The translations under genes and the position numbers were made by a program. Source: an uncultured beta proteobacterium (GTDB lineage: Bacteria; Pseudomonadota; Gammaproteobacteria; Burkholderiales; Burkholderiaceae_C). Taken from it: 64,000 nt of DNA. Location: contig CAWBFC010000004.1 in assembly GCA_963788035.1 (NCBI GenBank), positions 17,752-81,751 of the forward strand, written 5' to 3'. The notes under the pieces are model-generated. The model ran no database searches and had not been told where the DNA came from. It was given only the letters and a program-made list of their open reading frames with translations. Position 1 is the stretch's first letter. Each line of letters opens with the position of its first letter. This document shows, piece by piece, positions 47,716-58,039 of the stretch.

Positions 47716-50700
47716 TCAGGTGGCTGCAGCGCGCTGAGGCGCGCGGCGCCCGCCGCGTCGCACCCACGCCACCGCGCGCGCCAGCAGGCGCCACGCGGCG
47801 CGCAGGCCCACCAGGGCGGCCAGCGCCTCCAGGAAAGTCAGCACAAAGGCCACGAAGGCGTTCCAGCGCGCCTCACGCCGGCCAAACTTGGCCACCATGC
47901 GGTCGCGTGAAACCTCGATGCTGTCGTAGAAGCTGGGCACCACCAGCAGCGTGAGGAAGGTGCTGGTGATGGTGCCGCCGATGATGGCCACGGCCATCGG
48001 CCGGTAGAACTCACCGCCCTCACCCACCCCGATGGCCACCGGCAGCATGCCGGCCACGAGCGCAAAGGTTGTCATCAGGATGGGCCGCAGCCGCTTGCGA
48101 CCCGCCGTCATCAGGGCCTCTTCGCGGTCGACGCCCTCGGCCTCCAGCACCCGCGCGGCATCCAGCAGCAGGATGGCGTTTTTCGCCACCAGACCCATGA
48201 GCATGATCACGCCGATGAAGCTCATCAGGTTCAGCGTGCCCTTGGTCAGCAGCAGCGCGACCACCACGCCGATCAGCGACAGCGGCAGCGAGAGCATCAC
48301 CGCCAGCGGCGCGGTGAAGCTGCTGAACTGCATCACCAGCACCAGGTACATCAGCGCAATGCCCGACAGCAGCGCGATGCCCATCTCCTTGAACACCTCC
48401 TGCTGGTCTCTCGAAGCGCCGGCCAGCTCCAGCCCGTAGCCCGGCGGGTAGCTCATCGCGCGGGCCAGCTTCAGGGCCTCGGTGGTCACCTCGCCGGGCG
48501 AGCGGCCTTGCACGTTGGCGGCCACGCTGATGGTGCGTTTGCCGTCGTTGTGCTGGATCTGGCTCGGGCCCTTGCCCATGGTGACGGTGGCGATCTGCTC
48601 CAGCGGCACCATGCGGTTGCTGCCGCTCACGGCGATGGGCAGGCGCTCGATGTTGCCGGCGTCCACACGGTCTTGCGGGTGCAGGCGCACGGCCACGTCG
48701 CGTGTTTCGCCGCTGGGGTCGACCCAGTCGCCCACTTCCACGCCGGCAAAGGCCACGCGCAGGGCCTGCGCAGCGTCGTTGACGCTGATGCCCAGCGTGT
48801 TGGCCAGGCCGCGGTCGAGCTCGATCTTCATCTCGTCCTGCGGGTCTTGTTCCGACAGGCCCACGTCCACCGCGCCCGGCACGGTGCGCAGCTTGTCCAT
48901 GAACTGGCTTGTGATCTCCAGCAACTGGCGCGTGTCGGGGCCGGTGAAGCGGATCTGCACCGGCTTCTGCGCGCCGTTGTTGAGGTCGTCCAGCACCACG
49001 TACTCGGCGCCGACCAGGCGTGCCGTGATCTTGCGCAGATCGGCCGCGATGGCCTGCGCGCTGCGCTGGCGCTGCGTGCTCTTGCCCACGTCGACGTAGA
49101 TGCGCCCGCCACCCGGGTTGACGAAGCTGTTGGTGGCCTTGGTCTCGGGCAGCGTGCGCGCCAGCGCAGCCGCGGCCTCCACCTTCAGGCGTGCGTACGC
49201 CAGGCTGCTGCTGGCGGGCGTGCGCACGTCGATGGCCACCGTGCCGGCATCTGACGCCGGCAGGAAGCTGGAACCGCCCCACTTGGCCTGCAGGCCGATG
49301 GCGGCAACGAAGCTCAGGAAAGCGAACACCGCCATCCAGCGCCGGTGGTGCAGCGCCCAGGCGATGACGCGCCCGTAGCGGTCGGCCTGGTGGTCGAACC
49401 ACAGGTTGAAGCGTTCCAGCAGGCGGCTGATGCCGCGCTTGGGCGCCTTGTGGTGGCCCACCGGGTCGCCCCAGTAGGCCGAGAGCAGCGGGTCGAGCGT
49501 GAAGCTGATGAACAGGCTCACCATCACGGACGCCACGACGGTCAGCGCGAAGGGCCGGAACCACTCGCCGCTGACGCCGGGCATGAAGGCCACGGGCACG
49601 AACACCGCCACGATGCTGAAGGTGGTGGCGGCCACGGCCAGGCCGATCTCGGCCGTGCCGTTGAGCGCCGCGGTGCGGCGGTCTTCACCGGCCTCCATGT
49701 GGCGCACGATGTTCTCTCGCACCACGATGGCGTCGTCGATCAGCACGCCGATCGCCAGGCTCAGGCCCAGCAGGCTCATGAAGTTCAAGGTGAAGCCGCA
49801 CAGCCACACCGCGATGAACGCGGCGATCACGCTCGTGGGCAGGCTCAGCGCAGTGATGAGCGTGCTGCGCCAGGAGTTCAGGAAGATGTAGACGACGAAG
49901 ATCGTCAGGCCCGCGCCGAAGACCAGCGCGTGGATCACGTTGTAGAGGCTGTTGGCCGCGTTTTCGCCGCCGTCCTGCGTGACCTCCAGCTTGGTGCCGG
50001 CGGGAAGCGTCTTGTTCATCTCCGCAACCATCTTGCGGATCTCGTCGGCCACACTGACCGTGCTGGCCTCGCGCGTGCGCGTCACCGACAGGCCCACGTT
50101 GGGGTTGCCGCTGCGCACCGAGAAGCTCGTCAGCTCGGCGAAGCCGTCCTTCACCTCGGCCACCTGGGCCAGGCGCACGAGTTCGCTGCCGCGGCGCTTG
50201 ATGACGATCTGCCCGAACTCGCCCGGGCTCTCGATGCGGCCCACCAGGCGGATGCTCTGGTCCTGCAGCGCGCCGCGCACTTTGCCCACGGGCGCAGTGG
50301 CGTTCTGCGCCCGCAGCGCGGCCACCACCTCGGTGACGCTGACTTCGTACTCGCGCAGCTTCTCGGCGCGCAGCAGCACGCTGAGCTCGCGGCGCAGCGC
50401 GCCATTGACGCTGACCACGGCCACGCCGTTGACACCGCGGAAGCGGTCGGCCAGCTCGTCTTCGGCCAGGCGCGAGATCTGCGCGTGTGTGAGCGTGGTG
50501 GACGACAGCGCCATCTGCATGATGGGCTGGGCCGCAGGGTCGACGCGGCGCAGCACGGGCTCGCGCATCTCCACCGGCAGCTTGTAGCGCACCGAGGCGA
50601 TGGCGTTGCGCACCTCGTCGGCCGCCTCGATCATGTTCTTGTCGAAGTTGAAGATCAGCAGCAGCTGCGCGCTGCCTTCGCTGCTGGTGCTGCGCACGTC

Positions 50701-50934
50701 GGTGACGCCGGCGATGCCCTGCAGCGCCTTTTCGATGCGGTTGACGACCTCGCGCTCCACCGTGTCGGGGCTGGCACCGGGGTAAGGGATCTGCACCACC
50801 AGCAGCGGCTGCTCGACATCGGGCGTCTGGTTCACGCGCAGCTTGCTCAGCGCCAGCAGGCCCAGCGCCATCAGCGCCAGGATGATGACGATCATCGCCA
50901 CCGGGCGCTTGATGCTGAATTCAGAAAGGAACAT
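47716..50934 (-). CDS. RND efflux transporter permease (AcrB-like)
   Basis: 1072 aa. MFLSEFSIKRPVAMIVIILALMALG..., 12-TM/two-large-loop architecture. Confidence 0.92.
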   Translation of the reverse strand: MFLSEFSIKRPVAMIVIILALMALGLLALSKLRVNQTPDVEQPLLVVQIPYPGASPDTVEREVVNRIEKALQGIAGVTDVRSTSSEGSAQLLLIFNFDKNMIEAADEVRNAIASVRYKLPVEMREPVLRRVDPAAQPIMQMALSSTTLTHAQISRLAEDELADRFRGVNGVAVVSVNGALRRELSVLLRAEKLREYEVSVTEVVAALRAQNATAPVGKVRGALQDQSIRLVGRIESPGEFGQIVIKRRGSELVRLAQVAEVKDGFAELTSFSVRSGNPNVGLSVTRTREASTVSVADEIRKMVAEMNKTLPAGTKLEVTQDGGENAANSLYNVIHALVFGAGLTIFVVYIFLNSWRSTLITALSLPTSVIAAFIAVWLCGFTLNFMSLLGLSLAIGVLIDDAIVVRENIVRHMEAGEDRRTAALNGTAEIGLAVAATTFSIVAVFVPVAFMPGVSGEWFRPFALTVVASVMVSLFISFTLDPLLSAYWGDPVGHHKAPKRGISRLLERFNLWFDHQADRYGRVIAWALHHRRWMAVFAFLSFVAAIGLQAKWGGSSFLPASDAGTVAIDVRTPASSSLAYARLKVEAAAALARTLPETKATNSFVNPGGGRIYVDVGKSTQRQRSAQAIAADLRKITARLVGAEYVVLDDLNNGAQKPVQIRFTGPDTRQLLEITSQFMDKLRTVPGAVDVGLSEQDPQDEMKIELDRGLANTLGISVNDAAQALRVAFAGVEVGDWVDPSGETRDVAVRLHPQDRVDAGNIERLPIAVSGSNRMVPLEQIATVTMGKGPSQIQHNDGKRTISVAANVQGRSPGEVTTEALKLARAMSYPPGYGLELAGASRDQQEVFKEMGIALLSGIALMYLVLVMQFSSFTAPLAVMLSLPLSLIGVVVALLLTKGTLNLMSFIGVIMLMGLVAKNAILLLDAARVLEAEGVDREEALMTAGRKRLRPILMTTFALVAGMLPVAIGVGEGGEFYRPMAVAIIGGTITSTFLTLLVVPSFYDSIEVSRDRMVAKFGRREARWNAFVAFVLTFLEALAALVGLRAAWRLLARAVAWVRRGGRRAPQRAAAT

Positions 50935-50943
50935 GGCCCGCCC

Positions 50944-52152
50944 TCACTTGGCCGCAGAGGCCGTTGCTGCCGCGGCCACCGCCGCCGACGCGGCACCGGC
51001 AGCCGGTGCAGGCTTGGCGAGCTCGAACTTCTGGCCGTCGACCAGCGAACTGCCCGGGCTGCGCAGGATGCGGTCGCCGGCCACCAGGCCCGAGATCACC
51101 GGGGTTTCGCCCGTGCGAGGGTCGCGCTCGCCCAGGCGCAAGGTCACCTTCGTCAAGCTGTTGTCGTTCAGCTTCCAGGCGTGGGCGAGTTCGCCCGACC
51201 GCACCACCGCCTGGCCCGGCAGGCTCAGGCCTTCGGTACCGCCGGTCTCCACACGCCCTTCGGCGAAAAGGCCCGACACCCGCGGCGCCTGCGCCGGCGC
51301 CGCAAAAGCCACGATCACCTCCACCTGCCGCGTCACGGCGTTGGCCGCGGCCTCGATGCGTTGCACCTTGCCGGTGAAGTCGCCCTGGGCGTAACCGTTG
51401 ACGCGGAAACTCACCGGCTGGCCCAGCTTCAGCTCGTGCATGCGGTCGGCCGACACCAGGCCCTCGAAGCGCATGCTGCGCGGGTCGATCACCTTCACCA
51501 GTTCGCGCCCCACCTGCACCGTGTCACCGACCGACACCTTGCGCTCGCTCACCACGCCGGCAAAAGGCGCACGCACCACGGTGCGGGCCATCTGCTGGCG
51601 CGCCGAGACCACGCGGGCCCGCGCCGCCACCAGATCGCTCTGCGCGTTGTTGCGGCGCACCTCGGCGTCTTCCAGCGCCTGGGTGGAGGTCATGCCCTGG
51701 GCCTGCAGCGTCTTCAGGCGCGTGACCTGGCGCTCCACCTGCTCGAAAGCCTGGGTGGACGCCCGCAGGGCTTCTTCGGCCGAGCTCAGGCTGTCGCGGA
51801 TGGCCGTGTCGTCCAGCTTCATCAGCGTGTCACCGGCGTTCACGGCGTCGCCGTTCTCCTTCATCACTTGCAGCACCACGGCCGCCACCTCGGCGCGCAG
51901 GTCGGCGCGGCGTTCGGGCTGCACCGAGCCGCTGACCACGGGGCCACTGGCCAGGCGGCTGGGCTGCAGGGTCAGCAGGTCTTCGGGGGCCAGCAGCAGC
52001 ACGGGCGGCGCGGCCTTGGCCGCGGCCGATGCGGCACCGGAGGCCGCAGCCGCCGGACCGCCGGCACCGGGTTTGCCGCAGGCGGCCAGGGTGGCTGCCA
52101 AGGACAGGACGAAGGCACGGGCGGCGAAACGGGCAGGCAGGGATGGGCGCAT
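50944..52152 (-). CDS. RND efflux periplasmic adaptor (MFP) lipoprotein
   Basis: Trimmed to ATG 52152 (MRPSLPARFAARAFVLSLAATLAACGK, lipobox LAAC). Has coiled-coil hairpin and barrel regions. No outer-membrane factor or regulator gene is adjacent. Confidence 0.88.
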   Translation of the reverse strand: MRPSLPARFAARAFVLSLAATLAACGKPGAGGPAAAASGAASAAAKAAPPVLLLAPEDLLTLQPSRLASGPVVSGSVQPERRADLRAEVAAVVLQVMKENGDAVNAGDTLMKLDDTAIRDSLSSAEEALRASTQAFEQVERQVTRLKTLQAQGMTSTQALEDAEVRRNNAQSDLVAARARVVSARQQMARTVVRAPFAGVVSERKVSVGDTVQVGRELVKVIDPRSMRFEGLVSADRMHELKLGQPVSFRVNGYAQGDFTGKVQRIEAAANAVTRQVEVIVAFAAPAQAPRVSGLFAEGRVETGGTEGLSLPGQAVVRSGELAHAWKLNDNSLTKVTLRLGERDPRTGETPVISGLVAGDRILRSPGSSLVDGQKFELAKPAPAAGAASAAVAAAATASAAK

Positions 52153-52371
52153 GTTCTTGGAAGGCGCGCGTGGGCGCACGCTGGCAGGCAGGACAGAAGC
52201 CGCGAGCGTAAGGGCAGCCGGCAGCGCGCGGCAGCGGTCTGCGACGAAAGGGCCAGGTGGCGGCGCGAACGGTGGCCCGGCGGGGCGGGCGGCGGCGCAT
52301 GGGCACCCCGCTGCCGGCGCCGCAGCGCAGGCAGCGCTGCAGGGCCGTCTCAGCGCCGTCTCAGCGCCATC

Positions 52372-53349
52372 TCAGGGCTGTTTGGGCTGGCGGCGTTTCA
52401 GCCAGGCCAGCAACTCGCCGACGAAACCACGCCGGAAGCCGACGACACACACCACGAAGATCGCGCCGATGATCACCGTGACCCACGAGCCGACGCGGTC
52501 GGCCAGGAAGTTCTGCAGCCCGATGATGGTGAAGGCGCCCACCACGGGCCCGGCGAAGGTGCCCATGCCACCCAGCAGCGTCATCAGCACCACCTCGCCC
52601 GAGAGCGACCAGTGGGCATCGGACAGCGTGGCGAAGCCCAAGGCCACCGTCTTCAGCGCACCGGCCAGCCCGGCCAGCGTGGTGCTGAGCACGAAAGCCA
52701 GCAGCTTGTACTTGTCGACGTCGTAACCCAGCGAGACGGCCCGTGGCTCGTTTTCGCGGATGGCCTTGAGCACCTGGCCGTAGGGCGAATGCACGATACG
52801 GATGACCGCCAGGAACACGCCCACGAACGCCGCCAGCACCACGAAGTACATGACGAGGTCGCTCTGCAGCGGGATCAGCCCGAACAGCGTGCCGCGCGGC
52901 ACGCCCTGCAGGCCGTCTTCACCGCCCGTGAAGGGCGCCTGCAGCCACACGAAGTAGATCATCTGCGCCATGGCCAGCGTGATCATCGCGAAGTAGATGC
53001 CCTGGCGGCGGATGGCGATGAAGCCGACGATGGCACCCAGCACCGTGCCCGACAGCGCGCCGGCCAGGATGCCGAGTTCCGGCGAGAAGCCCGCCGAACG
53101 CACCAGCCAGCCCGTGACATAGGCTGCTGCGCCCAGGTAGGCGGCGTGGCCGAAACTCAAGAGCCCGGTGTAGCCCAGCAGCAGGTTGAAGGCGCAGGCG
53201 AAGATGGCGAAACACAGCGCCTTGATCATGAAGATCGGGTAGACGCCGAGGAAAGGCGCGGCAATCAGCAGCGCCAGGCCCACGCCCCAGGCGATCTTGC
53301 TCCAGCGCTGGATGTCGCCGGCCGAGTGGGGGGCAGAAGAAGTGCTCAT
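52372..53349 (-). CDS. livM: Branched-chain amino-acid ABC transporter permease (LivM-like)
   Basis: 325 aa polytopic protein. Operon position is next to the livH-like gene. Confidence 0.85.
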   Translation of the reverse strand: MSTSSAPHSAGDIQRWSKIAWGVGLALLIAAPFLGVYPIFMIKALCFAIFACAFNLLLGYTGLLSFGHAAYLGAAAYVTGWLVRSAGFSPELGILAGALSGTVLGAIVGFIAIRRQGIYFAMITLAMAQMIYFVWLQAPFTGGEDGLQGVPRGTLFGLIPLQSDLVMYFVVLAAFVGVFLAVIRIVHSPYGQVLKAIRENEPRAVSLGYDVDKYKLLAFVLSTTLAGLAGALKTVALGFATLSDAHWSLSGEVVLMTLLGGMGTFAGPVVGAFTIIGLQNFLADRVGSWVTVIIGAIFVVCVVGFRRGFVGELLAWLKRRQPKQP

Positions 53350-53350
53350 T

Positions 53351-54235
53351 TCACTTCTCCTTTCCGAACAGGCCCGCGGGCCGGATCATCAGCACGATGG
53401 CCATGATGACGAAGACCACGATGCTGGAAGCCTCGGGGTAGAAGACCTTGGTCAGGCCTTCCACCAGGCCCAGGAAAAGGCCGGTGAGGATGGAGCCGAG
53501 GATGGAGCCCATGCCCCCGATCACCACCACCGCGAAGACGATGATGATCAGGTTGCTGCCCATCAGCGGCGTGATCTGGATGATGGGCGCGGCCAGCACG
53601 CCGGCCATCGCGGCCAGGCCGGCGCCGGCGCCGTAGGTCAGCATCACCATCATCGGCACGTTCACGCCGAAGGCCTGCACCAGCGACGGGTTCTCGGTGC
53701 CGGCGCGCAGATAGCTGCCCAGGCGCGTGCGTTCGATGATGAACCAGGTGACCAGGCAGATGAACAGCGAGGCGAAGATCACAAAGCCGCGGTAGTTCGG
53801 CAGGATCATGAAGCCGAGGTTGGTGGCGCCCTGCAGCAGTTCGGGCACCGGGTACTGCTGGCCCGAAACACCGAACTGGTCGCGGAACACCCCCTCGGCG
53901 ATCAGCGCCAGGCCAAAGGTGAGCAAGAGGCCGTAGATCGGATCGATCTTGTACAGATGCTTGAGCAGCGTGCGCTCGATCACCACGCCCAGGGCCCCCA
54001 CCACCAGTGGCGCCAGCAGCAGGCTCCACCAGAAGCCGATGCCTGCGTACTCGGCGCCCAGCCAGGCGACGTAGGCGCCGATCATGTAGAGCGCCCCGTG
54101 CGCGAAGTTGACGATCCCCAGCAACCCGAAGATCACCGCCAGGCCGAGGCTGAGCATGGCGTAGAACGAGCCGTTCACCAGGCCCAGCAGGAGCTGGCCC
54201 ATGAAGGCTTGAATGGGAATGCCGAAGATGTCCAT
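53351..54235 (-). CDS. livH: Branched-chain amino-acid ABC transporter permease (LivH-like)
   Basis: 294 aa. MDIFGIPIQAFMGQLLLGLVNGSFYAMLSLGLAVIFG. Confidence 0.85.
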   Translation of the reverse strand: MDIFGIPIQAFMGQLLLGLVNGSFYAMLSLGLAVIFGLLGIVNFAHGALYMIGAYVAWLGAEYAGIGFWWSLLLAPLVVGALGVVIERTLLKHLYKIDPIYGLLLTFGLALIAEGVFRDQFGVSGQQYPVPELLQGATNLGFMILPNYRGFVIFASLFICLVTWFIIERTRLGSYLRAGTENPSLVQAFGVNVPMMVMLTYGAGAGLAAMAGVLAAPIIQITPLMGSNLIIIVFAVVVIGGMGSILGSILTGLFLGLVEGLTKVFYPEASSIVVFVIMAIVLMIRPAGLFGKEK

Positions 54236-54269
54236 CGTGCGCCGGGGTCAGCTCAGACCGTCACTGCCG

Positions 54270-55484
54270 TCATTTCCAAAGAGCGCACTTCGACTCGGCC
54301 TTGGTCGTCCAGGCCTCTTCGCCCTTGAAGGTCTGCACCACGTTGTAGTAGTCCCAGGGTTCGGTGCTCTTGTCGGGGCTCTTGACCTGCATCAGGTACA
54401 TGTCGTGCACCATGCGGCCGTCACCGCGGATGAAGCCGCCCTTGGCGAAGATGTCGTTGATCTTCGTGGCCTTCATCTTCGTCAGCACCTTGTCGGCGTC
54501 GTCGCTGTTGATGGCCTTCACCGCCTGCAGGTAGTTCAACGCGGCCGAGTAGTCACCGGCCTGGATGCTGCTGGGCATGCGCTTGATCTTCTCGAAGAAC
54601 TTGCGGCTCCAGGCGCGCGTCTCTGCGTCGCGGTTCCAGTACCAGCTGTCGGTCAGGTACAGGCCCTGGGTGGTCTTCAGGCCCAGGCTGTGGATGTCGT
54701 TGATGAAGACCAGCAGGCCGGCCAGCTTCATGGTCTTGGTGATGCCGAACTCGTTGGCCGCCTTGATGCTGTTGATGGTGTCGCCACCGGCATTGGCCAG
54801 GCCCAGGATCTGCGCCTTGCTGCTCTGCGCCTGCAGCAGGAAGCTGCTGAAGTCGCTGGCCGACAGCGGGTGCTTCACGGCGCCGACGATGGTGCCGCCG
54901 GCGGCCTTCACCACCTCGGAGGTGTCGTTCTGCAGCTGGGCGCCGAAGGCGTAGTCGGCGGTCAGGAAATACCAGCTCTTGCCACCGGACTTGACGACCG
55001 CGTTGCCGGTGCCCTTGGCCAGCGCCACCGTGTCATAGGCCCAGTGCACGGTGTAGGGGTTGCACTGCGCATTGGTCAGCGCGGCGGTGGCCGCGCCGAT
55101 GGCGATGAAGACCTTCTTCTTCTCGGCCGCCACCTTGGCCATGGCCAGCGCGGTGCCCGAGTTGGTGCCGCCGATCAGCATGTCCACGCCCTGCGTGTCG
55201 AACCACTCGCGCGCCTTGGCCGCGGCCACGTCGGCCTTGTTCTGGTGGTCGGCGTAGACGACCTCGATCTTCTTGCCGTTGATGTTGCCGCCCATGTCGG
55301 CCACCGCCATGCGGATGGCTTCCACGCCGGCCTGGCCGTCGATGTCGGAGTACAGGCCCGACATGTCGGTGATGATGCCGATCTTGATGGTGTCACCCGA
55401 GATCTGCGCTGACGCAGGGGCGACAGCGCCCAGGGTGGCGGCACAGGCCAGGGTGCAGGCGGCGGCGATCTTCTTCAATTGCAT
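54270..55484 (-). CDS. ABC transporter periplasmic substrate-binding protein (LivK/amide-urea type I PBP fold)
   Basis: Signal peptide MQLKKIAAACTLACAATLGAVAPASAQ. IKIGIITDMSGLYSD. Confidence 0.85.
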   Translation of the reverse strand: MQLKKIAAACTLACAATLGAVAPASAQISGDTIKIGIITDMSGLYSDIDGQAGVEAIRMAVADMGGNINGKKIEVVYADHQNKADVAAAKAREWFDTQGVDMLIGGTNSGTALAMAKVAAEKKKVFIAIGAATAALTNAQCNPYTVHWAYDTVALAKGTGNAVVKSGGKSWYFLTADYAFGAQLQNDTSEVVKAAGGTIVGAVKHPLSASDFSSFLLQAQSSKAQILGLANAGGDTINSIKAANEFGITKTMKLAGLLVFINDIHSLGLKTTQGLYLTDSWYWNRDAETRAWSRKFFEKIKRMPSSIQAGDYSAALNYLQAVKAINSDDADKVLTKMKATKINDIFAKGGFIRGDGRMVHDMYLMQVKSPDKSTEPWDYYNVVQTFKGEEAWTTKAESKCALWK

Positions 55485-55529
55485 GTCAGTCTCCTTGGGG
55501 TGCTTCAGAAACAGGCGTCCAGCGCGCGG

Positions 55530-56234
55530 CTAGACCCCTAAATACTCATGCAGGCGTTCCAGGCGCGAAGGCAGTTCGGCCTGCGTGAAACTCTGGATCA
55601 CCTCGCCGTGCTCGACGACGAGAAAACGGTCGGCCAGCGGCGCGGCGAAGCGGAAGTTCTGTTCCACCATCAGGATGGTGTAGCCCTGCCGGCGCAGCGT
55701 GCTAACCATCTCGGCGAGCTTCTGCACGATCACCGGGGCCAGGCCCTCGGAAATCTCGTCCAGCAGCAAGAGCTTGGCGCCGGTGCGCAGGATGCGCGCG
55801 ACGGCCAGCATCTGCTGCTCACCACCGCTCAGGCGCGTGCCCTGGCTTTGCGCCCGTTCCTTCAGGTTCGGAAACATCGCGTAGATGTCGTCGACGCTCA
55901 TGCCGCCAGCACCCAGCGTGGGTGGCAGCATCAGGTTCTCTTCGGCCGACAGGCTGCTGAAGATGCCGCGCTCTTCCGGGCAATAGCCGATGCCCAGGCG
56001 CGCGATGCGGTGCGTGGGCATGGCGATGGTCTCGGTGCCGCGCACCTGGATGCTGCCCTTGCGGCTGCCGATCAGGCCCATGATGGCGCGCATGGTGCTC
56101 GTGCGGCCGGCGCCGTTGCGGCCCAGCAGCGTGACGACTTCGCCCTCCTGCACATCGAAACTGATGCCGTGCAGCACGTGCGATTCGCCGTACCAGCCGT
56201 GCAGGTCTTTCACCGAGAGGAAAGGCGTTCCCAT
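55530..56234 (-). CDS. livF: ABC transporter ATP-binding protein (LivF-like)
   Basis: Walker A GRNGAGRTS, signature LSGGEQQML, Walker B LLLLDE. Confidence 0.9.
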   Translation of the reverse strand: MGTPFLSVKDLHGWYGESHVLHGISFDVQEGEVVTLLGRNGAGRTSTMRAIMGLIGSRKGSIQVRGTETIAMPTHRIARLGIGYCPEERGIFSSLSAEENLMLPPTLGAGGMSVDDIYAMFPNLKERAQSQGTRLSGGEQQMLAVARILRTGAKLLLLDEISEGLAPVIVQKLAEMVSTLRRQGYTILMVEQNFRFAAPLADRFLVVEHGEVIQSFTQAELPSRLERLHEYLGV

Positions 56235-57007
56235 CAGTGGGCTCCTTTCAGTTCGGTGTTGGCGCTGCCCATGTAGGCCTCGATCACGGCCGGGTTCTTC
56301 GAGACCTGTTCATACGGTCCCTCGGCCAGCGTGGCGCCGCGCTGCAGCACGGTGATGGTGTCGGCGATGCTGGCCACCACGCTCATGTTGTGTTCCACCA
56401 TCAGCACCGTGCGGCTGGCCGCCACCTTCTTGATGAGTTGCTTGATGCGGTCCACGTCTTCCAGGCCCATGCCCTGCGTGGGCTCGTCCAGCAGCATCAG
56501 CTTGGGCTCCATCGCCAGCGTGGTGGCGATCTCCAGCGCGCGCTTGCGGCCGTAACTCAGCTCCACCGCGGTCAGCGTGGCGTACTTGTCGAGGTCCACC
56601 TGGCCCAGCAACGACATCGCGCGGTCGTTCAGGGTGTCGAGCGAGCGCTCGGAGCGCCAGAACTGGAAGGAACTGCCCAGGTGCCGCTGCAAGGCCACGC
56701 GCACGTTCTCCAGCACGGTGAGGTGCGGAAACACCGAAGAGATCTGGAAGGAGCGGATGACGCCGCGGCGGGCGATGTGCGCCGGGGTCTCGGCGGTGAT
56801 GTCGTGGCCGTCGAAGAGGATCTGCCCCGACGTGGGCGTGAGGAACTTCGTCAGCAGGTTGAAGCAGGTGGTCTTGCCCGCGCCATTGGGGCCGATGAGC
56901 GCATGGATGCTCCCACGCTGGACCTTGAGGTCGACCTTGCTGACAGCGACGAAACCCTTGAATTCCTTGGTCAGGGCGCGGGTCTCGAGGATCACGTCGT
57001 CGGTCAT
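56234..57007 (-). CDS. livG: ABC transporter ATP-binding protein (LivG-like)
   Basis: Trimmed to ATG 57007 (MTDDVILETRALTKEF). Walker A GPNGAGKTT, signature LSYGRKRAL, Walker B LMLLDEP. Confidence 0.9.
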   Translation of the reverse strand: MTDDVILETRALTKEFKGFVAVSKVDLKVQRGSIHALIGPNGAGKTTCFNLLTKFLTPTSGQILFDGHDITAETPAHIARRGVIRSFQISSVFPHLTVLENVRVALQRHLGSSFQFWRSERSLDTLNDRAMSLLGQVDLDKYATLTAVELSYGRKRALEIATTLAMEPKLMLLDEPTQGMGLEDVDRIKQLIKKVAASRTVLMVEHNMSVVASIADTITVLQRGATLAEGPYEQVSKNPAVIEAYMGSANTELKGAH

Positions 57008-57226
57008 GCGGGCGGGGTCTGGTCGTCTGCTGCGGCGCCGCATCTTAAGGGCCGCACCTTGCGTTTTCTGCACTGCACAACGCTTGCCCTGTTATCCAAA
57101 ACCCTAGGGCTGCGGCAGCCCGTGGCGCCAGTGTCACCAAGCTGGTGCGGGCGCGGGCTGTGCGTCTGTGGGCCAACGCACGCCCGTGCCACGAACACAC
57201 GGCCAGCCGGCGCGAGCCGCTGGCGC

Positions 57227-58039
57227 TCAGGCGCCGGCCGGCGGCACGCGATGCCGTTCACGCAGCACGAAAGCGGCGGCTGCCGGCTCGTGGTCCCAGC
57301 GTTCCACCACGGCCCGTTCACCGACACCAGCGCCCGCCGCGTGGCCGATGTGGATCAGGTTCACCGACGGGCCGGCACCGGCCCGAACACGGCTGCTGAC
57401 GGCCGTGCCGGCCTGCACCGCCCAGCCGCCTGCGGGCAGCGGCCGCACAAAAGGCAGGTGGATGTGCCCGCTGACCAGCAGCTCCAGCCCCGCCGCGCCC
57501 CAGGCCTGCAGGGCCGCGGCATGGCCGTGCAGGCGGTTCTTTTCATCCTCGGGCCGCGTCACGAACAGGGGCTGGTGCACCATCACCACGCGCCGCTGCG
57601 CAGGCCGCGCCTGCCGCGCCTGGGCCAGGCGCTGCGCCACGCTTTCGATCTGCCGCGCCGAGAGCTGGCCGTCTTCATGCCGCCACCAGCGCGTGGTGTT
57701 GACGGCCAGCAGCAGCAGCTCGTCGGTCTCCAGGGTGGGTTCGAGTTCGGCGCCGAAGGCCGTGCGGTAGCGGGCATAGGGGCGCAGCAGGCGCAGCGGC
57801 AGCTGCCACAGCGGGATGTCGTGGTTGCCCGGCACGGCCACGCAGTGCGGCACCTGCAGGCGCTGCACAAAGGCCCGCGCCGCCGCGAACTGCGCGCGGG
57901 TGGCACGCTGCGTGATGTCGCCGGACAGCAGCAGCACCTGCGGCCGCAGCGCCTGCGCAAGGCGCACCAGCGCTTCCACCACCGCGGGCTGTTCGGTGCC
58001 GAAGTGCGGGTCGGAGACCTGCAGCAGCAGCAGGCTCAT
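57227..58039 (-). CDS. Calcineurin-like metallophosphoesterase
   Basis: Trimmed to ATG 58039 (MSLLLLQVSDPHFG). Motifs SGDITQRA, PGNHD and SGHIH are present. Its start overlaps the upstream stop (ATGA 58036-58039). Confidence 0.8.
   Translation of the reverse strand: MSLLLLQVSDPHFGTEQPAVVEALVRLAQALRPQVLLLSGDITQRATRAQFAAARAFVQRLQVPHCVAVPGNHDIPLWQLPLRLLRPYARYRTAFGAELEPTLETDELLLLAVNTTRWWRHEDGQLSARQIESVAQRLAQARQARPAQRRVVMVHQPLFVTRPEDEKNRLHGHAAALQAWGAAGLELLVSGHIHLPFVRPLPAGGWAVQAGTAVSSRVRAGAGPSVNLIHIGHAAGAGVGERAVVERWDHEPAAAAFVLRERHRVPPAGA

Noticed and set aside
49345-53406. 1353-aa plus-strand ORF spanning the RND, MFP and livM regions
   Set aside because: It crosses three independently supported minus-strand genes and two intergenic regions. 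Its composition (runs of R, H, G, D, Q) is non-protein-like.
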